This document shows positions 39,254-51,846 of a stretch of 64,000 nt of DNA, piece by piece. The stretch's first letter is position 1, and each line of letters starts with the position of its first letter. Under the pieces are notes generated by a model. The model was not told where the DNA came from. It was given only the letters and a program-made list of their open reading frames with translations, and did no database searches. The position numbers were made by a program, and so were the translations under genes. The DNA lies in the NCBI RefSeq assembly GCF_018350175.1, contig NC_058368.1:37512001-37576000 (forward strand). The letters run 5' to 3'. Source of the stretch: Felis catus (taxonomy: Eukaryota).

Positions 39254-39471
39254 TTTTATTTTTTTTTAAGTTTTTATTTAAATTTCAGTTAACATATAGC
39301 GTGATATTAGTTTCCGGTGTACAATATAGTGATTCAGCACTTCTATATGACACCAGGTGCTCATCACAAAAAGTGCCCTCTTTAATCCCCATCACCTATT
39401 TCACCCTTCCCCCCACCTACCTCCCCTCTGGTAACCATCAGTTTGTTCTCTATAGTTAAGAGTCTGTTTCT

Positions 39472-39519
<48 letters not shown>

Positions 39520-40615
39520 CTTTGCTCATTTGTTTTGTTCTTAAAATCCATACATGAGTGAAATCATATGGTATTTATCTTTCCCTGACTGATTTCACTT
39601 ACTCTCTACAGCTACCCATGTCATTGCAAGATTTCATTCTTTTTATGGCTGAGTAATAGTCCATTGTATATAGTTCTTCTTTATCCATTCCTCAGCCAAA
39701 GGACACTTGTGCTGTTTCCATAATTTGGCTATTGTAGATAATGCTGTGTTAACATTGGGGTGTGTGTGTATCCCTTTCAGTTGGTGTTTTTGCATCCTTT
39801 AGGTAAATATTTTGTAGTGCAATTGCTGGATTGTAGGTTAGTTCTGGTTTTAAGTTTTTGAGGAACCCCCATGCAATTTCATAGAATGGCTTTGCCAGTT
39901 TGCATTCCAATCAACGGTGCAAGAGTCCCTTTCTCCACATTCTCACCAACACCTGTTGTTTCTTGTGTTGTTGATTTTAGCCATTCTGACAGGTGTGAGA
40001 CAGTATCTCATTCTTTAACTTATATTTCCCTGATAATTATTGATGTTGAACATCTTTTCATCTGTCTGTTGGCCATCTGTATGTCTTCTTGGAAAAATAT
40101 CTAATCATGTCTTCTGCCCATTTATTAATTGGATTATTTGCTTTTTGGGTGTTGAGTTTTATAATTTCTTTATATATTTTGGATACCAATGCTTTATCAT
40201 ATATGTCATTCACATATATCTTCTCCTATTCCTTAGGCTGCCTTTTAGTTTTGTTGATGATTTCCTTCACTGCGCAGAAGTTTGGGTTTTTTTAATGTTT
40301 ATTTATTTTTGAAAGAGAGTGTGAGTGGTGGAGGGGCAGAGAGAGAGGGAGACACAGAATCTGAAGCAGACTCCAGGCTCCAAGACGTCAGCACAGAGCT
40401 CCCTGCAGGGCTCGAACTCACGAACTGCAAGATCGTGACCTGAGCCCAAGTTGGACACTTAACTGACTGAGTCACGCAGGCGCCCGTAGAAGCTTTTTAT
40501 TTTGATGAAGTCCCAATAGTTTATTTTTGCTTTTGTTTTCCTTGCCTCAGGAGACATATCTAGAAAGAAGTTGTGGCAAGCGATGTCAAAGAGATTTCTG
40601 CCTGTGTTCTTCTTA
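39254..40615 (-). mobile_element. 5'-truncated carnivore L1 (3'UTR and end of ORF2)
   Basis: Poly-T start; same 3'UTR as the 21469 element ('ccccatcacctatttcaccc...cctcccctctggtaacc'); ORF 40459-40668 FFLDMSPEARKTKAKINYWDFIKIKSF; (TC)n at 39477-39514. Confidence 0.93.
40287..40485 (-). mobile_element. Can-SINE in L1
   Basis: Antisense head 'gactgagtcacgcaggcgccc'; flanks g(c/t)agaag(t/c)tt. Confidence 0.94.
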
Positions 40616-41387
40616 GAAGCTAGAGTTTTTTTAAAAGAATACTTACAAATGTCTCTATGGTAGTTCATTTTATTATTTTATTATTTATTTACTATGTTAT
40701 TTATGTTACTGTGATGGCAGTGACCTCATATCCCTTTCTCATTGTTCCAGTGGTGTGAGCTCTCTGGATGTTCATTTCTGCTAGGTACCGGAATGTATTC
40801 TGGAGACCTGATCTAGAGGCTTTTTATTTTGTAGCCTATATTGCAAAGGTTTCATAAACACAAGTTTCCTATGTTAAATCCTGGTAAAAATTGAGTGGCC
40901 ATTTTTTCCACTAATTCAGATACTTTGAGTGAAGATTTTTGGTCTTCTGAGGACTTCCACCTCCGTCTTTTTCTGTTTCTTTCTCTGACTCTCACTTTCA
41001 TTGGGTGAGGCTTTTCTTTGGGAGTCAGATGACAGGGTATGGCTCAGAGGAGAGCGAACAACATTTAACTCAGTTACTGCTGATACAGTTAAGGACAACT
41101 TTAGGTTCAAAAGACTCAAAACAGGAGACCTGACAATTTGATTCCAGGGTATCTATCTGTCTTAGTGAGATATGGAAGGGGCGTAAAAATATAGAAGCCT
41201 TTGTCACCTAATGGTTTGATTTTTGCTTAAGCATTCTGATTCACAATGACATGGACCAGAGCACTTCACAAAGAGGCCAGGCAAATGGGGGCCATTGGCC
41301 AAATGCTTTCTCCTACACTACCAAAGGTAAACTGATATTAGAGTATTTCGAATGTTTGTTGTTTATCAAATTGCAATTGACTTATTT

Positions 41388-41613
41388 TTTAAAAAAAATA
41401 ACGTTTATTTATTTTTGAGAGAGAGAGAGAGAGAGCGAGAGCGAGCATGAGTGGGGGAAGGACAGAGAGAGAAGGAGACACAGAGTTTGAAGCAGGCTCC
41501 AGGCTTTGAGCTATCAGCACAGAGCCCGAAGCGGGGCTCGAACCAGTGAACAGCAAGATCATGACCTGAGCTGAAGTCAGTCACTTAACTGACTGAGCCA
41601 CCCAGGAACCCCT
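41388..41613 (-). mobile_element. Can-SINE
   Basis: Perfect TSD caattgacttattt at 41374-41387 and 41614-41627. Confidence 0.96.
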
Positions 41614-41749
41614 CAATTGACTTATTTAAATAATGATTGGTGACATATCTTTTTCCTCTTTTTTTCTACTGTTTTTTAATTTTTCCTTTGAGCTAAGTGG
41701 GATTCGATGGCTGATGTTTTTCTTTTTCTATATATTTTTTGGAGTATAA

Positions 41750-42830
41750 GAAGTAGGAAAAAATATTTAGAAGGTACAAAAATGTGTGAACAAAAGATAT
41801 TTTAAAAATCACCTGGAATGTCACAGCTAAAAGAAAAACCACTATAAATATTTGGTATCTATTGTATTTCTTTTTCCTTTTTTCTCCTTTTTCCTTTTTC
41901 TACATGTTCCTATATGCACAAGCGCACAAAATTATGTCATAAAATTTACTTTGTCTACTTTTAACTTTATACTGTGATGACTTTTGTATGTCATTTTCTT
42001 CAAACATATGTTCTATGTCTAAATAATATTCAACTTTTTGTAATGAACATTATCAGTTTCATATTTTTCACAAAGAAGAATATTTAAGCTATTTCTTTTC
42101 TTCATGAAAACAGTACAGTGAATTTTATAGTACATAAAATTCTGATATCTTCTCTGAATGTTCCCTTAGGATAATTTCCCAAAGTTGAATTGCCAAGTTA
42201 AAATGTACATATTTTAAAATGTTTAATTTATATCGCTAAATTTTCTTCTGAAATGTCATAATATTTTATATAAATGCTTAACAAAAATTGTAGAATATAA
42301 AAACACACGTTTTATCAAATCCTTCACAATAATGAGTACCATAATTCTTTACAAATGTTGCAATTTACTATGCAAAAATGCTATTACATAGTTTCATTTT
42401 TTCTTATTTTTTTGATTCTGGGGGCAGTTAAATTTTATGAATTTAATTTTTTTTCTCTGAGATTTGACTATTTAGATCATATAACCATTTTTATTGGTCT
42501 CTTGCTCTCTAGTCTTTCTAAATAGATAGTGCTCTTTATATAGTCAAGTTATTTAAGCTGAGATTTTAATATATGTGAAATTATTTCCCTGACTGTCTCT
42601 CTAATTTTACTATGTACAATCATTATCGATACATAGGCTATTTTAATTTTTGTTATATACAATCTATTAATTTTTATGGTTTTCAAATTTACTTTAATGT
42701 TTGCATTTTAAAATCTATTGTGAAATATTTTATTACTGTTCAACTAGCATGTTTGACATTTTAGTTAGCTTCTGTATCCATCTGACATTTTATTGTGTAT
42801 CAACAGATAAGAGATTCACTGTTGTGTTTT
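41750..42830 (-). mobile_element. Old L1ME-like 3' fragment
   Basis: 'ccttaggataatttcccaaagttgaattgccaagttaaaatgtacatattttaa' antisense L1ME signature. Confidence 0.6.
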
Positions 42831-43092
42831 GAATATTTCATCCCTTTCTCAAGATTTTGAAATTTAAACTGTCTGAGATTCTCTTGTATTTTCCTGTTCA
42901 CCTAGTGTTCTGCTGATACCTCAGTTTTAAATTTTGTTCTTCGAGAATCTGTTTTTGAGGATAACAGTAGGATCACAGCATCTCCAAGAAGTATATAAAT
43001 AGAAATACTGCAGACAAGACTGTATATAGCCTATCGTATATGTACTACATACAATACTATATAACAAGATTAAAATCATCCAGGTTGAGTTT

Positions 43093-44225
43093 GTGAAAAG
43101 GTAACCTGTGGAATGGGAGAAAATATTTGCAAATCATATATCTGATAAGGGATTAATATCAAAAATACATAAAGAACTCATACAACTCGATGTCAAAAAC
43201 AAAAACAAACCTAAAAAAGCCAATGTAATTTACAAACGGCAGAGGAACTGAATGGACATATTTCTCGGAAGGCATCCTAAGGGCTAACAGGTACGGGGAA
43301 AAGTGCTCAACATCACTAATTACCAGAGAAATGCAAATAAGAGCCACAATGAGATATCATCGCCCACCTGATACAATGTCTTTATCAAAAAGACAGAAAA
43401 TAACAAATGGTGAGGATGAGAAAAGGGAAAGCTTGCACACTCTGGGTGGGAATGTAAATTGGGGCACCTTCTAACAAAAACGGTATGAAGGTTTCTCAAA
43501 AAATTAAAAATAGAACTACCATATGTTTTAGAAATTCAACTTCTGGATATTTACCTGAAGGAAATGAAATCATTTTCTTGAGACGATATCGGCACTCCCA
43601 CCTTTACTGCCACATTAACTGCAACATCCAAGACATGGAAACAACCAAAGAGTCTGTCAGTGGATGAACGAAGAAGAGGCGGTGTTAATATATAATGGAA
43701 TGTTGTTCAGTCATAAAAAAGAAGGAAATCCGACCATTTGTGACAACATGGATGGATCTCGAGGGCATTATGCCAAGTGAAATAAGTCAGAGAGATAAAA
43801 ACAAAGACTGTTTGGTTTCATGTATATGTGGAATCTAAAAAAAAAAAAAAAAAAGGTGAACTCATATATACAAAAACAGAGTGATGGTTGCCAGAGGCAC
43901 GGGCTGGGAGTGGGAGAAATGAGTGAAGGTGGTAAAAGGTAAAAACTTCCAGTTACAAGATATTTAAGTCCTGGCAGTGTAAAGTACAGAATGGTGACTA
44001 TGGTTAGTGATATTCTATTGCATATTTGAAAGTTGGTAAGAGTAGGTCTTAAAATGTTTTATTACAGGAGAAAAGAACTTGTAACTATGTGTGCTGATAG
44101 ATGTTAACTAAACTTACTATGGTAATCATTTCTCAGTCTATACATATATCAAATCACTATGTTGTACACTTAAAGTGAATTCAATGTCATATATTAATTA
44201 TATACCAATAAAATAAAATAAATAA
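43093..44225 (+). mobile_element. L1 3' fragment (L1MA9-like 3'UTR)
   Basis: 'gaatgggagaaaatatttgcaaatcatatatctgataaggg' (EWEKIFANHISDKG), 'aacttccagttacaag...atggtgactat', ending ccaataaaataaaaata. Confidence 0.92.
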
Positions 44226-44349
44226 CAGATTCTTAAAAGTATAAGTTGAACATCTTGGTAGCCTTACACAAAGTGTACCACTCCCTGCCTCTCAATACTC
44301 TCTGTCTTTATCTTCCCAGCTTCAATTTCCTCCTTCTCTATTCTTCCAA

Positions 44350-45945
44350 CAGCAGGTCCTGTAAATGTTGGATTTCCCAGGAAAGCATTTCTGATTTTTA
44401 TCTCAATTTATTCTCTCTTACTAAGCAGTCCGTCATCCACTCTCACAGTTTCAAATGCCATCTGTGTGAAAAACTCCCAATGTTATATTTCTAACATAAA
44501 TCTCTCCACTGAACTATAAAATCATGAATAGTGGCTTTAAAATATGTTCACAAATTATTTGCTAGCCCTCCACTCAAGAGGCAAAGCTTAACCTTCCTTC
44601 TCCATGAGTGTGGGCAGGATTTGGTAACTCGTTTCTAGCAAATGGAATATGGCAGAAGTGATCATGTGGGACTTCTGAGACTATGTAGAGGTATTGCAGC
44701 TTCCTCCTTGCATTCTCTAGTATCACTCATTCTAGGAGAAGCCAGCTGCTGTGTCATGAAGACACTTAAGCAGACCTGTGGAGACGTTTATTTGGGGAGG
44801 AATTATGGCCTTCTCCAAACAGCCAGCAAGGAACTGAGGCTTCTGCCAAAAGCCATGTGCATAAGCCATCTTGGAGTCAAATCTCCAGCCTCACTGAAGC
44901 GTTCAGCTCTGGCTGAAACCTTACCTGCAACCTCATGAGAGATCCTGGGCCGTAAACTGTTCCCAATTTCCTTACCCAGGAAACTGCACGAGAAGTTGTT
45001 TTATGCTGCTAAATGCTGGATTAATGTGTTGTACAGCAATAGATTGCTAATATAGATTTGCTGCTAAGTTTCACAGTAATTTGTTATGCAGCAAGAGATA
45101 AATAACATACATGTATTGAGCCACCTACCTGACATCTTCACCTGCACTGAAATATCTCTCAGACTCATTTCAAAATTAACACACCGAAAGCTAAACTCTT
45201 GGTTCTCGCTCAAATCTGTTCTGCCTCAAGTCTTTTTGCGACTTAGTACACGGCACCTTCATCTACTTGCTTTAGCTCCCTAAAAACAATCCTTGGCATA
45301 TCCCCATTCTGATACCACAATCTATCACCAAATTCTATTGGTTACAATTCTTAAATGAACATTGAATCCATCTACAACTCTTCATGTCTCAATCATGACC
45401 CTGTCCAAGCTACTGTTACATCTTAATTGGAGTCCACTAACCCAAGGGCAATGAACTAACATTGTCTCATTTCTGTTTTTATTCCTTTCTAGTCTGTAAG
45501 TGATAGCCAGATTGACATGAACTTTGGAATAATTAAATTAATTTGGTTTACAAAGCTCTGAATCATCTGACTCCTATGTACACCAAGCCTTATGGTGTTC
45601 TCCCTGCCTCTCAAAATGCTCCAGTCACACTGGCCTTTCCTGCCCCAGGATATTTGCTCAGGCTGCCATGTCTGCCTACATTACTTACTCTTCATTCCAT
45701 TCTCAACCTGCATAATTACTCTGGATATATTAGGTCCAATTTTAAACATTTTTTTGTGACAGCAGACTTCTGGACTTTCCCATCTTTTCAAGGCATCCTG
45801 TTTTTCCTAGCACCCTAGTACTTATCTCAGTTTGAATACATATTGATTTGTATAAGTCCAAGAGGGCAAGAAATGTCTACCTTGATTGTCGTAGTATACC
45901 TAGTTCCCAATACAGGTTGTCAAAATTATTGAATGAATTTATTTA
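44350..45945 (+). mobile_element. LINE2 fragment with 3' end, split by an MLT1
   Basis: 'ctcatccactctcacagtttcaaatgccatc'-like segment before the LTR, 'cctacctgacatcttcacctg' after it; ends 'attattgaatgaat'. Confidence 0.75.
44525..45111 (+). mobile_element. MLT1F/G LTR with a duplicated 3' end
   Basis: 'aatggaatatggcagaagtga...ggagaagccagctgctgtgtcatgaagacacttaagcag...gccagcaaggaactgagg...tgcaacctcatgagagatcctg'. Confidence 0.88.
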
Positions 45946-45972
45946 ATGAGTTCATTAAGAAAAAAAAATTTT

Positions 45973-46192
45973 GGGGCGCCTGGGTGGCACAGTCGGTTAA
46001 GTGTCCGACTTCAGCCAGGTCACGATCTCGTGGTCGGTGAGTTCGAGACCTGCGTCAGGCTCTGCGCTGATGGCTCAGAGTTTGGAGGCTGTTTCCGATT
46101 CTGTGTCTCCCTCTCTCTCTGCCCCTCCCCCGTTCATGCTCTGTCTCTCTCTGTCCCAAAAATAAATAAACGTTGAAAAAAAATTTAAAAAA
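45973..46192 (+). mobile_element. Young felid Can-SINE
   Basis: Body cagccaggtcacgatctc...tgatggctcagag; TSD aagaaaaaaaaattt. Confidence 0.96.
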
Positions 46193-46209
46193 AAGAAAAA
46201 AAAATTTAA

Positions 46210-46424
46210 GTTTGTGATGACTTAGACCAGTATGGTTGCAATGAAGTAATTAAGAAGTGGTAAGATACCTTATATATTCTAAAGGTAGAGATGAGAGGTT
46301 ATCCTTATAGATTGTTTCAGGTATGAGAGAAAGAAAAGAATCATGGGTATATCAAATATCTTTGGTCTGAACAATTGGAAGAATGGTGTTGTAATTGACT
46401 GAGATGTGGAAACCTGTAGGAGGG

Positions 46425-46467
<43 letters not shown>

Positions 46468-46830
46468 ACAGGAGTCCTTTTGAATACATAAAATTTGGCC
46501 TTTTAGACCCCCTTCATGAGGCTGTTGAATACAGAGTTGGTTATCACATTTGGGATTTAGAGAAAGCTCAAAGTATAAATTTAGGAGTTTGAAGACACAG
46601 ATGTTTTCTAAAACCATGAGACCTTAGGACAACACCAAAGGAGTAAGTATAAAGAGTGAAAAAAGAAAAGGAACAAGGATCAGATTCCAAATAACCAAAG
46701 AGCATGAACAACATTTTCAGGGGACTTTTCTGTAAAGGAGAGGAGAGAAATGTTGTAGAAGTTATATGGAAAAGCGAACATGAGAGAGAGATTTTTAAAA
46801 AGATGGATGTAATAACAGGGTATTTGAAAA
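46210..46830 (-). mobile_element. LINE2 fragment containing (TG)n at 46428-46464
   Basis: 'tttggtctgaacaattggaagaatggtgttgtaattgactgagatgtggaa' antisense L2. Confidence 0.8.
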
Positions 46831-47049
46831 TGGAATGCCTTTCTTTACCCACATGCCATGGAAAATTGTCTTGACTGCATTTAATTATACATCTGAGTTT
46901 CTTAATTTTCACCTCATGAATATATTTTTTGAAAGAATGTATTGGCAGTGGAAACTTCACTTAGATTTTTTCTCTTTGTCCTCATAACTTCATCTGTGGA
47001 TGGCTTTGTTAATATTCATATATTATTATGTGGCTACTGAGTGTTGTAA

Positions 47050-47310
47050 GGTAAAAAAGAAAAAAGGGTTTTTACTTCTGTTTAGAAGATGTTTTTAACA
47101 TTACATTGACAGTGTTATAGATTTATACACTTTATTTTTTTTCCAGTTAATTACAGTGTCTCTTTGCAAACTATTTACTTAATACTGATGGTGTTACTGC
47201 TTTAATGGGGAGAAAAACATGTCATGGTAGCCATGGTAACGATTAAATTGTGAACAATGTATGCAACTCAATTTCAATGTTCAACCTGAATGTTATTGAC
47301 ATTTTTCTTT
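47050..47310. promoter_or_regulatory. Candidate enhancer (RFX + SOX + POU-like)
   Basis: gtagccatggtaac 47227-47240; aacaatg 47253-47259; atgcaact 47261-47268; tgacag 47107-47112. Confidence 0.45.
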
Positions 47311-47324
47311 ATATTTTACCTTTA

Positions 47325-47561
47325 TTTATTAATATAATTTAATTTAATTTAATTTAATTTAATTTTTACATGTTTATTTATTTTTGAGAGAGAGAGAGCG
47401 TGAGCAGGGGGTGGGGAACAGAGAGAGAGAGGGACAGATGATCCAAAGCAGCCTATATGCTGACAGCAGAGAGCCTGATGCAGGACTGAAACTCACAAGC
47501 CATGAGATCAGGAACTGAGCTAAAGTTGAACACTCAACTGACTGAGCCACCTAGGCACCCC
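47325..47561 (-). mobile_element. Can-SINE
   Basis: Flanked by tattttaccttt; tail has become (aattt)n. Confidence 0.94.
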
Positions 47562-47593
47562 TGTATTTTACCTTTTAAAAAATACTAAGTCAG

Positions 47594-47801
47594 AGGGATG
47601 CTCTGTCAGTTAAGTGACTCAGTCAGTTAAGCGACTGATTCTTGGTTTCAGCTCAGGTCATGATCTCACAGCTATGTGGGTTTGAGCCCACACTGCATTT
47701 TGCTGGCAGCTGGAAGCCTGTTTGGATTCTCCCTGTCTCCTCTCTCTCTGCCCCTACCCCACTCGTGCTGTCTCTGTCTTTCTCATAATAAATAAATAAA
47801 C
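47594..47801 (+). mobile_element. Can-SINE with a small duplication in the head
   Basis: TSD aaaaaatactaa(g/a)t(c/t)ag; 'gtcagttaag' occurs twice in the head. Confidence 0.92.
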
Positions 47802-47829
47802 AAAAAATACTAAATTAGAATGTTACTGT

Positions 47830-48320
47830 ATATATAGAATTATAGTAAATGTAACATATGAAAAGTAGACTTATATAGGTGTATTTTGTTGGTGACTCAA
47901 ATATCATTACTGGTGTTGTCGGTAATGAAATTTTCTAAAATGGTAACATTTATTTTATTTTGAATAAAGCAAGATGCAGTTCCCACATGATTTATACTAT
48001 AGTTGCACTTAGGAAAAATTGATTGATATAAAAATAGTTTGCATGTAATATTCAGTCCATTAAAACCATGCAAAAAACTTATTTTGTGTTACATGTAAAA
48101 TCTATTTAGATTCTAGTCTCAGATAAATAAAAACACATTATTCAAACTATGCTAATTTCAGAAGGGACAGTTTTTTTTTCTCTGTGTAAAACTGATATTT
48201 GGGTTGTAGAATATCTAACACCACTGCCTACTATACACTGAATTAAACTAACGAACACCAGTCATTGTGTCAACAACCTTTACAAATTTCCAAAATACCC
48301 CTTTAATATGAACCACTCCC
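47830..48320 (+). mobile_element. MER20B/Charlie-like hAT remnant
   Basis: 'tagattctagtctcagataa...cagtcattgtgtcaacaacc...aaatttccaaaatacccct...tgaaccact'. Confidence 0.5.
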
Positions 48321-48329
48321 GAACCACGG

Positions 48330-49290
48330 ACTCGTTCTTTGTCCTCTTCAATCAATTCTCTCAAATCATCTTGAGTCATCATGTAAAGGGGCAACTCCCA
48401 TTAATTGACAACCTACCTAAAATATATTCATGTTATCCTATTCTTAAGAGAAAGATTTAACTCTTCTGAACTGGTCTGGATGCTGTCGCCTTTCATGCTT
48501 ATTTCCCCTAGCTGTATTTGTCCTATTTCCAAATTTTATATTTTACAAGCAAATTTCTACCATGGAGACTTTGCACATGCTTTTTCTTCTGCTTGGGATT
48601 CCCTCTGTTCCTCCTTTCTTGTAGCCAACCCCTACTTAGGTTCGCTTTTGATTTAATTATTATTTCCTCTGGAAAGGGTTTATACACTCAGCGATTTGGT
48701 AATCTCTATAATTTATATCCTGTCATAATTCCATGCTCCTTTTCTTTATAGCACTGTTCACTATGTTATGTCTTTATACGAGGCACTGATTTCTATTTCA
48801 CGACAGGCTTGTAATGACCATTCGGGTCTTGCCATACTATCCAACACGTTGTCATTTCTTAATAAATACGTTCAGTAAGTTACAAAATTAGTGAAGACAG
48901 AACCTAACAGTTGAAAGAACTGGTTCATAAAAGAAACCAAAAGTTTCTTCAGTAATAAGGAGATGGAAAAAGTCATTTCAGATGTAGAAAAGATTATATG
49001 TGGAGGCGTATAAATCAAGACATCTTGGCACAAGCACAAATAATGCAATATAGCCGGACTGCTAACGAAGGGATTTAAGGATTGAAAACGTTTACAGGTT
49101 CATAATCAGAAACCAATGATGACTTTCAAACAGGGTAATGATAAGATTATATTAGAAGTCAGAAGGATTATTCTGCCTGTAATAAATGAATTGAAACATG
49201 GCATGTCTAGATAGAGAAATGATTTACTTCTCAATTAACATAGTCTAAGAGAGTAAATTGGGGTCCGGGCTAAAGGAACTTCTACTGATC
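48330..49290. mobile_element. Two decayed L2 fragments in opposite orientations
   Basis: 'tttgcacatgctttttcttctgcttgggattccct' (sense), then purine-rich 'atgactttcaaacagggtaatgataagatt' (antisense). Confidence 0.55.
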
Positions 49291-50817
49291 TGTGTTTGGG
49301 TGACGTAGCCCATAGGATGATTTTGTTTTCTTCAAGTTGAATTGTACTTTCAGTTCGTCTCCTTCTATGTCTTATAAGAGACAAATGCTTACATTCTTTA
49401 GAAAAAGATCATATAAGTAGAACAATTTATTATTGAATTATAAACTCAATTTTAAGTTTCATATTTGTATGAAAGACTTCTAATAGGATCCTAACTGGCA
49501 CAAAAGAAAAGCAATCAAATTATCTTTAACTGAAGCATATAAACTGGAAATGAAGGCTACACCACAGGATCCTGTTCCATGCAGCATATAAAAAAGGTAT
49601 TTAAGAGGAAATTAAATTGAAGTATATTCAGTATAATGTTAATTGATATAGAAAATGTCAATTCAAGTTGCTCATAATAGTTAGAGATGAGCAAATGATT
49701 CAAAGTAATTCGGGCTATGAAGATATTGATCACTCCATTTTTTTTCACTCCAATTCACTTTACACTGTGTCCTTGGGAATGCAGTAAAATAATAATAATA
49801 AAAAAGTAATTTAAAACATAGCTAATCAAGCCTTTATTTTAGATGTTCTGGATTTCTTCTGACCTTATTAGAAAGAAATATACTTATCATAACCTTTGAA
49901 AAGTTTACAGAGGTACCACTGTCAATTCTGCAAAAATAGATAATGGTTTTTACACACTAATCCGCACTTAATGTTTTTTGTGCTTTCCCTTGATGGAAAT
50001 CATAACATGTAGTGCAAACAATAAATGAAAAGAAAGGTATACATTATGTAAATATTTATTGTATATTAAATCTAAATTATAGTCCTCAAGTTTCACCTGA
50101 ATGCTAACATATTCGTTTGGCTGAATATTTCTTATGGAAGCCCAACATACTATTCAAGGTACTGACAAAAATAGATAAAACAACAGCTAGAGGAAATGAA
50201 CACAAGGGTTTTTTTTTAGTAAAGTTAAAGAGAAAAAACAATGATTAGTTTGCCTTACTCTTCAGTAAAGCTACAGCAACTGACCCATGAGAGCAGCATG
50301 TAGAATGCATGAGAAAAAAACCAAAAACTTTATTGTTGAAAGTTGGACACTCTTTGCTACTGCAGAGCAAACTAATACACCTAGTGAGAAATTGCATGAA
50401 GGTAGGAAGCAGAGATATGTTTCAGGCAGAAGAAAAAGAATATATGACACCCTGGAAATATGAGACCTTCAATATCTGAGGAACAAAAGGCAATTAGGAT
50501 ACATACAAAATAGTATAAGAGGTGTTTAGGATTATGGAGAATTAAAGAGCCAGATTTAAATATTAAAATGCCAGTTAGAGAATTTTCTAGAAAGAGGACA
50601 TGCCTGATGCCAGACGGGCTATTATAAACTAGATGGGAGATAATGGACTTGAAGTAGAACAGGAGCAATCAAAATAGAGAAAAATGTACAGATTTAAGAG
50701 AGTTTAGCATTTAGAAATTACATTATTTGGTATTTGAGTTGAAATGAGTCGAAGAGAGAAAGACATGTCTGAAGCCCAGATTTCCGTTAGGTAAAGGATA
50801 CCATCTATGAAAAGGGT

Positions 50818-50924
50818 GGGGGGTGCCTGGATAGCTCAGTCGGTTAAGCATCAGACTCTTGGTCAGCCTAGGTCATGATCTCACTTGTTGGGCTCTGCGC
50901 TGACAGTGAGGAGCCTGCTTGGGA

Positions 50925-50976
<52 letters not shown>

Positions 50977-51052
50977 TTTTCTCTGCCCCTCCCAACACCC
51001 CCCCAATTAAAAAAAAAACTTAATTTTTTTTAAATAATAAAAAATAAATTTT
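50818..51052 (+). mobile_element. Can-SINE with an internal deletion and expanded (CT)n
   Basis: Head present; jumps from 'catgatctcac' to 'ttgttgggctctg'. Confidence 0.9.
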
Positions 51053-51616
51053 AAAAGGAGGGGTAAATACAAGACCAACATTGGGGATTGGAGAGTAAAG
51101 TTGTTAAGTTCAGTTTGGGATGGGCTAGTTGTGTACTATATGCACAGTGAAATGTTATGTTTTATGTGTGGTCAGAAACTCAAGAGGACTTTGTAGAGTA
51201 GAAACACCTAGTCAGAAGCTATCAGCCCATCAACATTAGCAGAAGTGGATGCAGTTTGCTAGAGAGAGTGGTGTATGGATGAAAAGAAGGTTAAGGACAT
51301 GGTTCTTGTAGTGCCAGCAGTTAATAAAAGGGCAGAGGGAAACATTCTGTGAAGAAAACAAAGAATCCCTGAACTTTCAGGGTAAAATGAGGAAATTATA
51401 GTATAGTGGTAGCTAAGTCAGTATTGAAGCAGACAGTATGTTCAGTACACACAGATGCTCCTGAAATATCAAGAGTAAAAGGAATCATAAGATGGTCATT
51501 GCTTTTTGTTACAAGTTTTATAAAAGTAACGTGGAGAAAATATAATGAGTGAATGGGTAGGAAATAAAGATTAGGGACCAGTGATTTTACCAAAATTTTC
51601 AATACATTTGACTTTA

Positions 51617-51846
51617 TTTATTTTATTTTTAATTTTTTTTCAATGTTTTTTATTTATTTTTGGGACAGAGAGAGACAGAGCATGAACGGGGGAGGGGCAG
51701 AGAGAGAGGGAGACACAGAATCGGAAACAGGCTCCAGGCTCCGAGCCATCAGCCCAGAGCCTGACGCGGGGCTCGAACTCACGGACCGCGAGATCGTGAC
51801 CTGGCTGAAGTCGGACGCTCAACCGACTGCGCCACCCAGGCGCCCC
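51617..51846 (-). mobile_element. Very young felid Can-SINE
   Basis: CpGs essentially intact; perfect 18-bp TSD tcaatacatttgacttta at 51599-51616 and 51849-51866. Confidence 0.98.
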
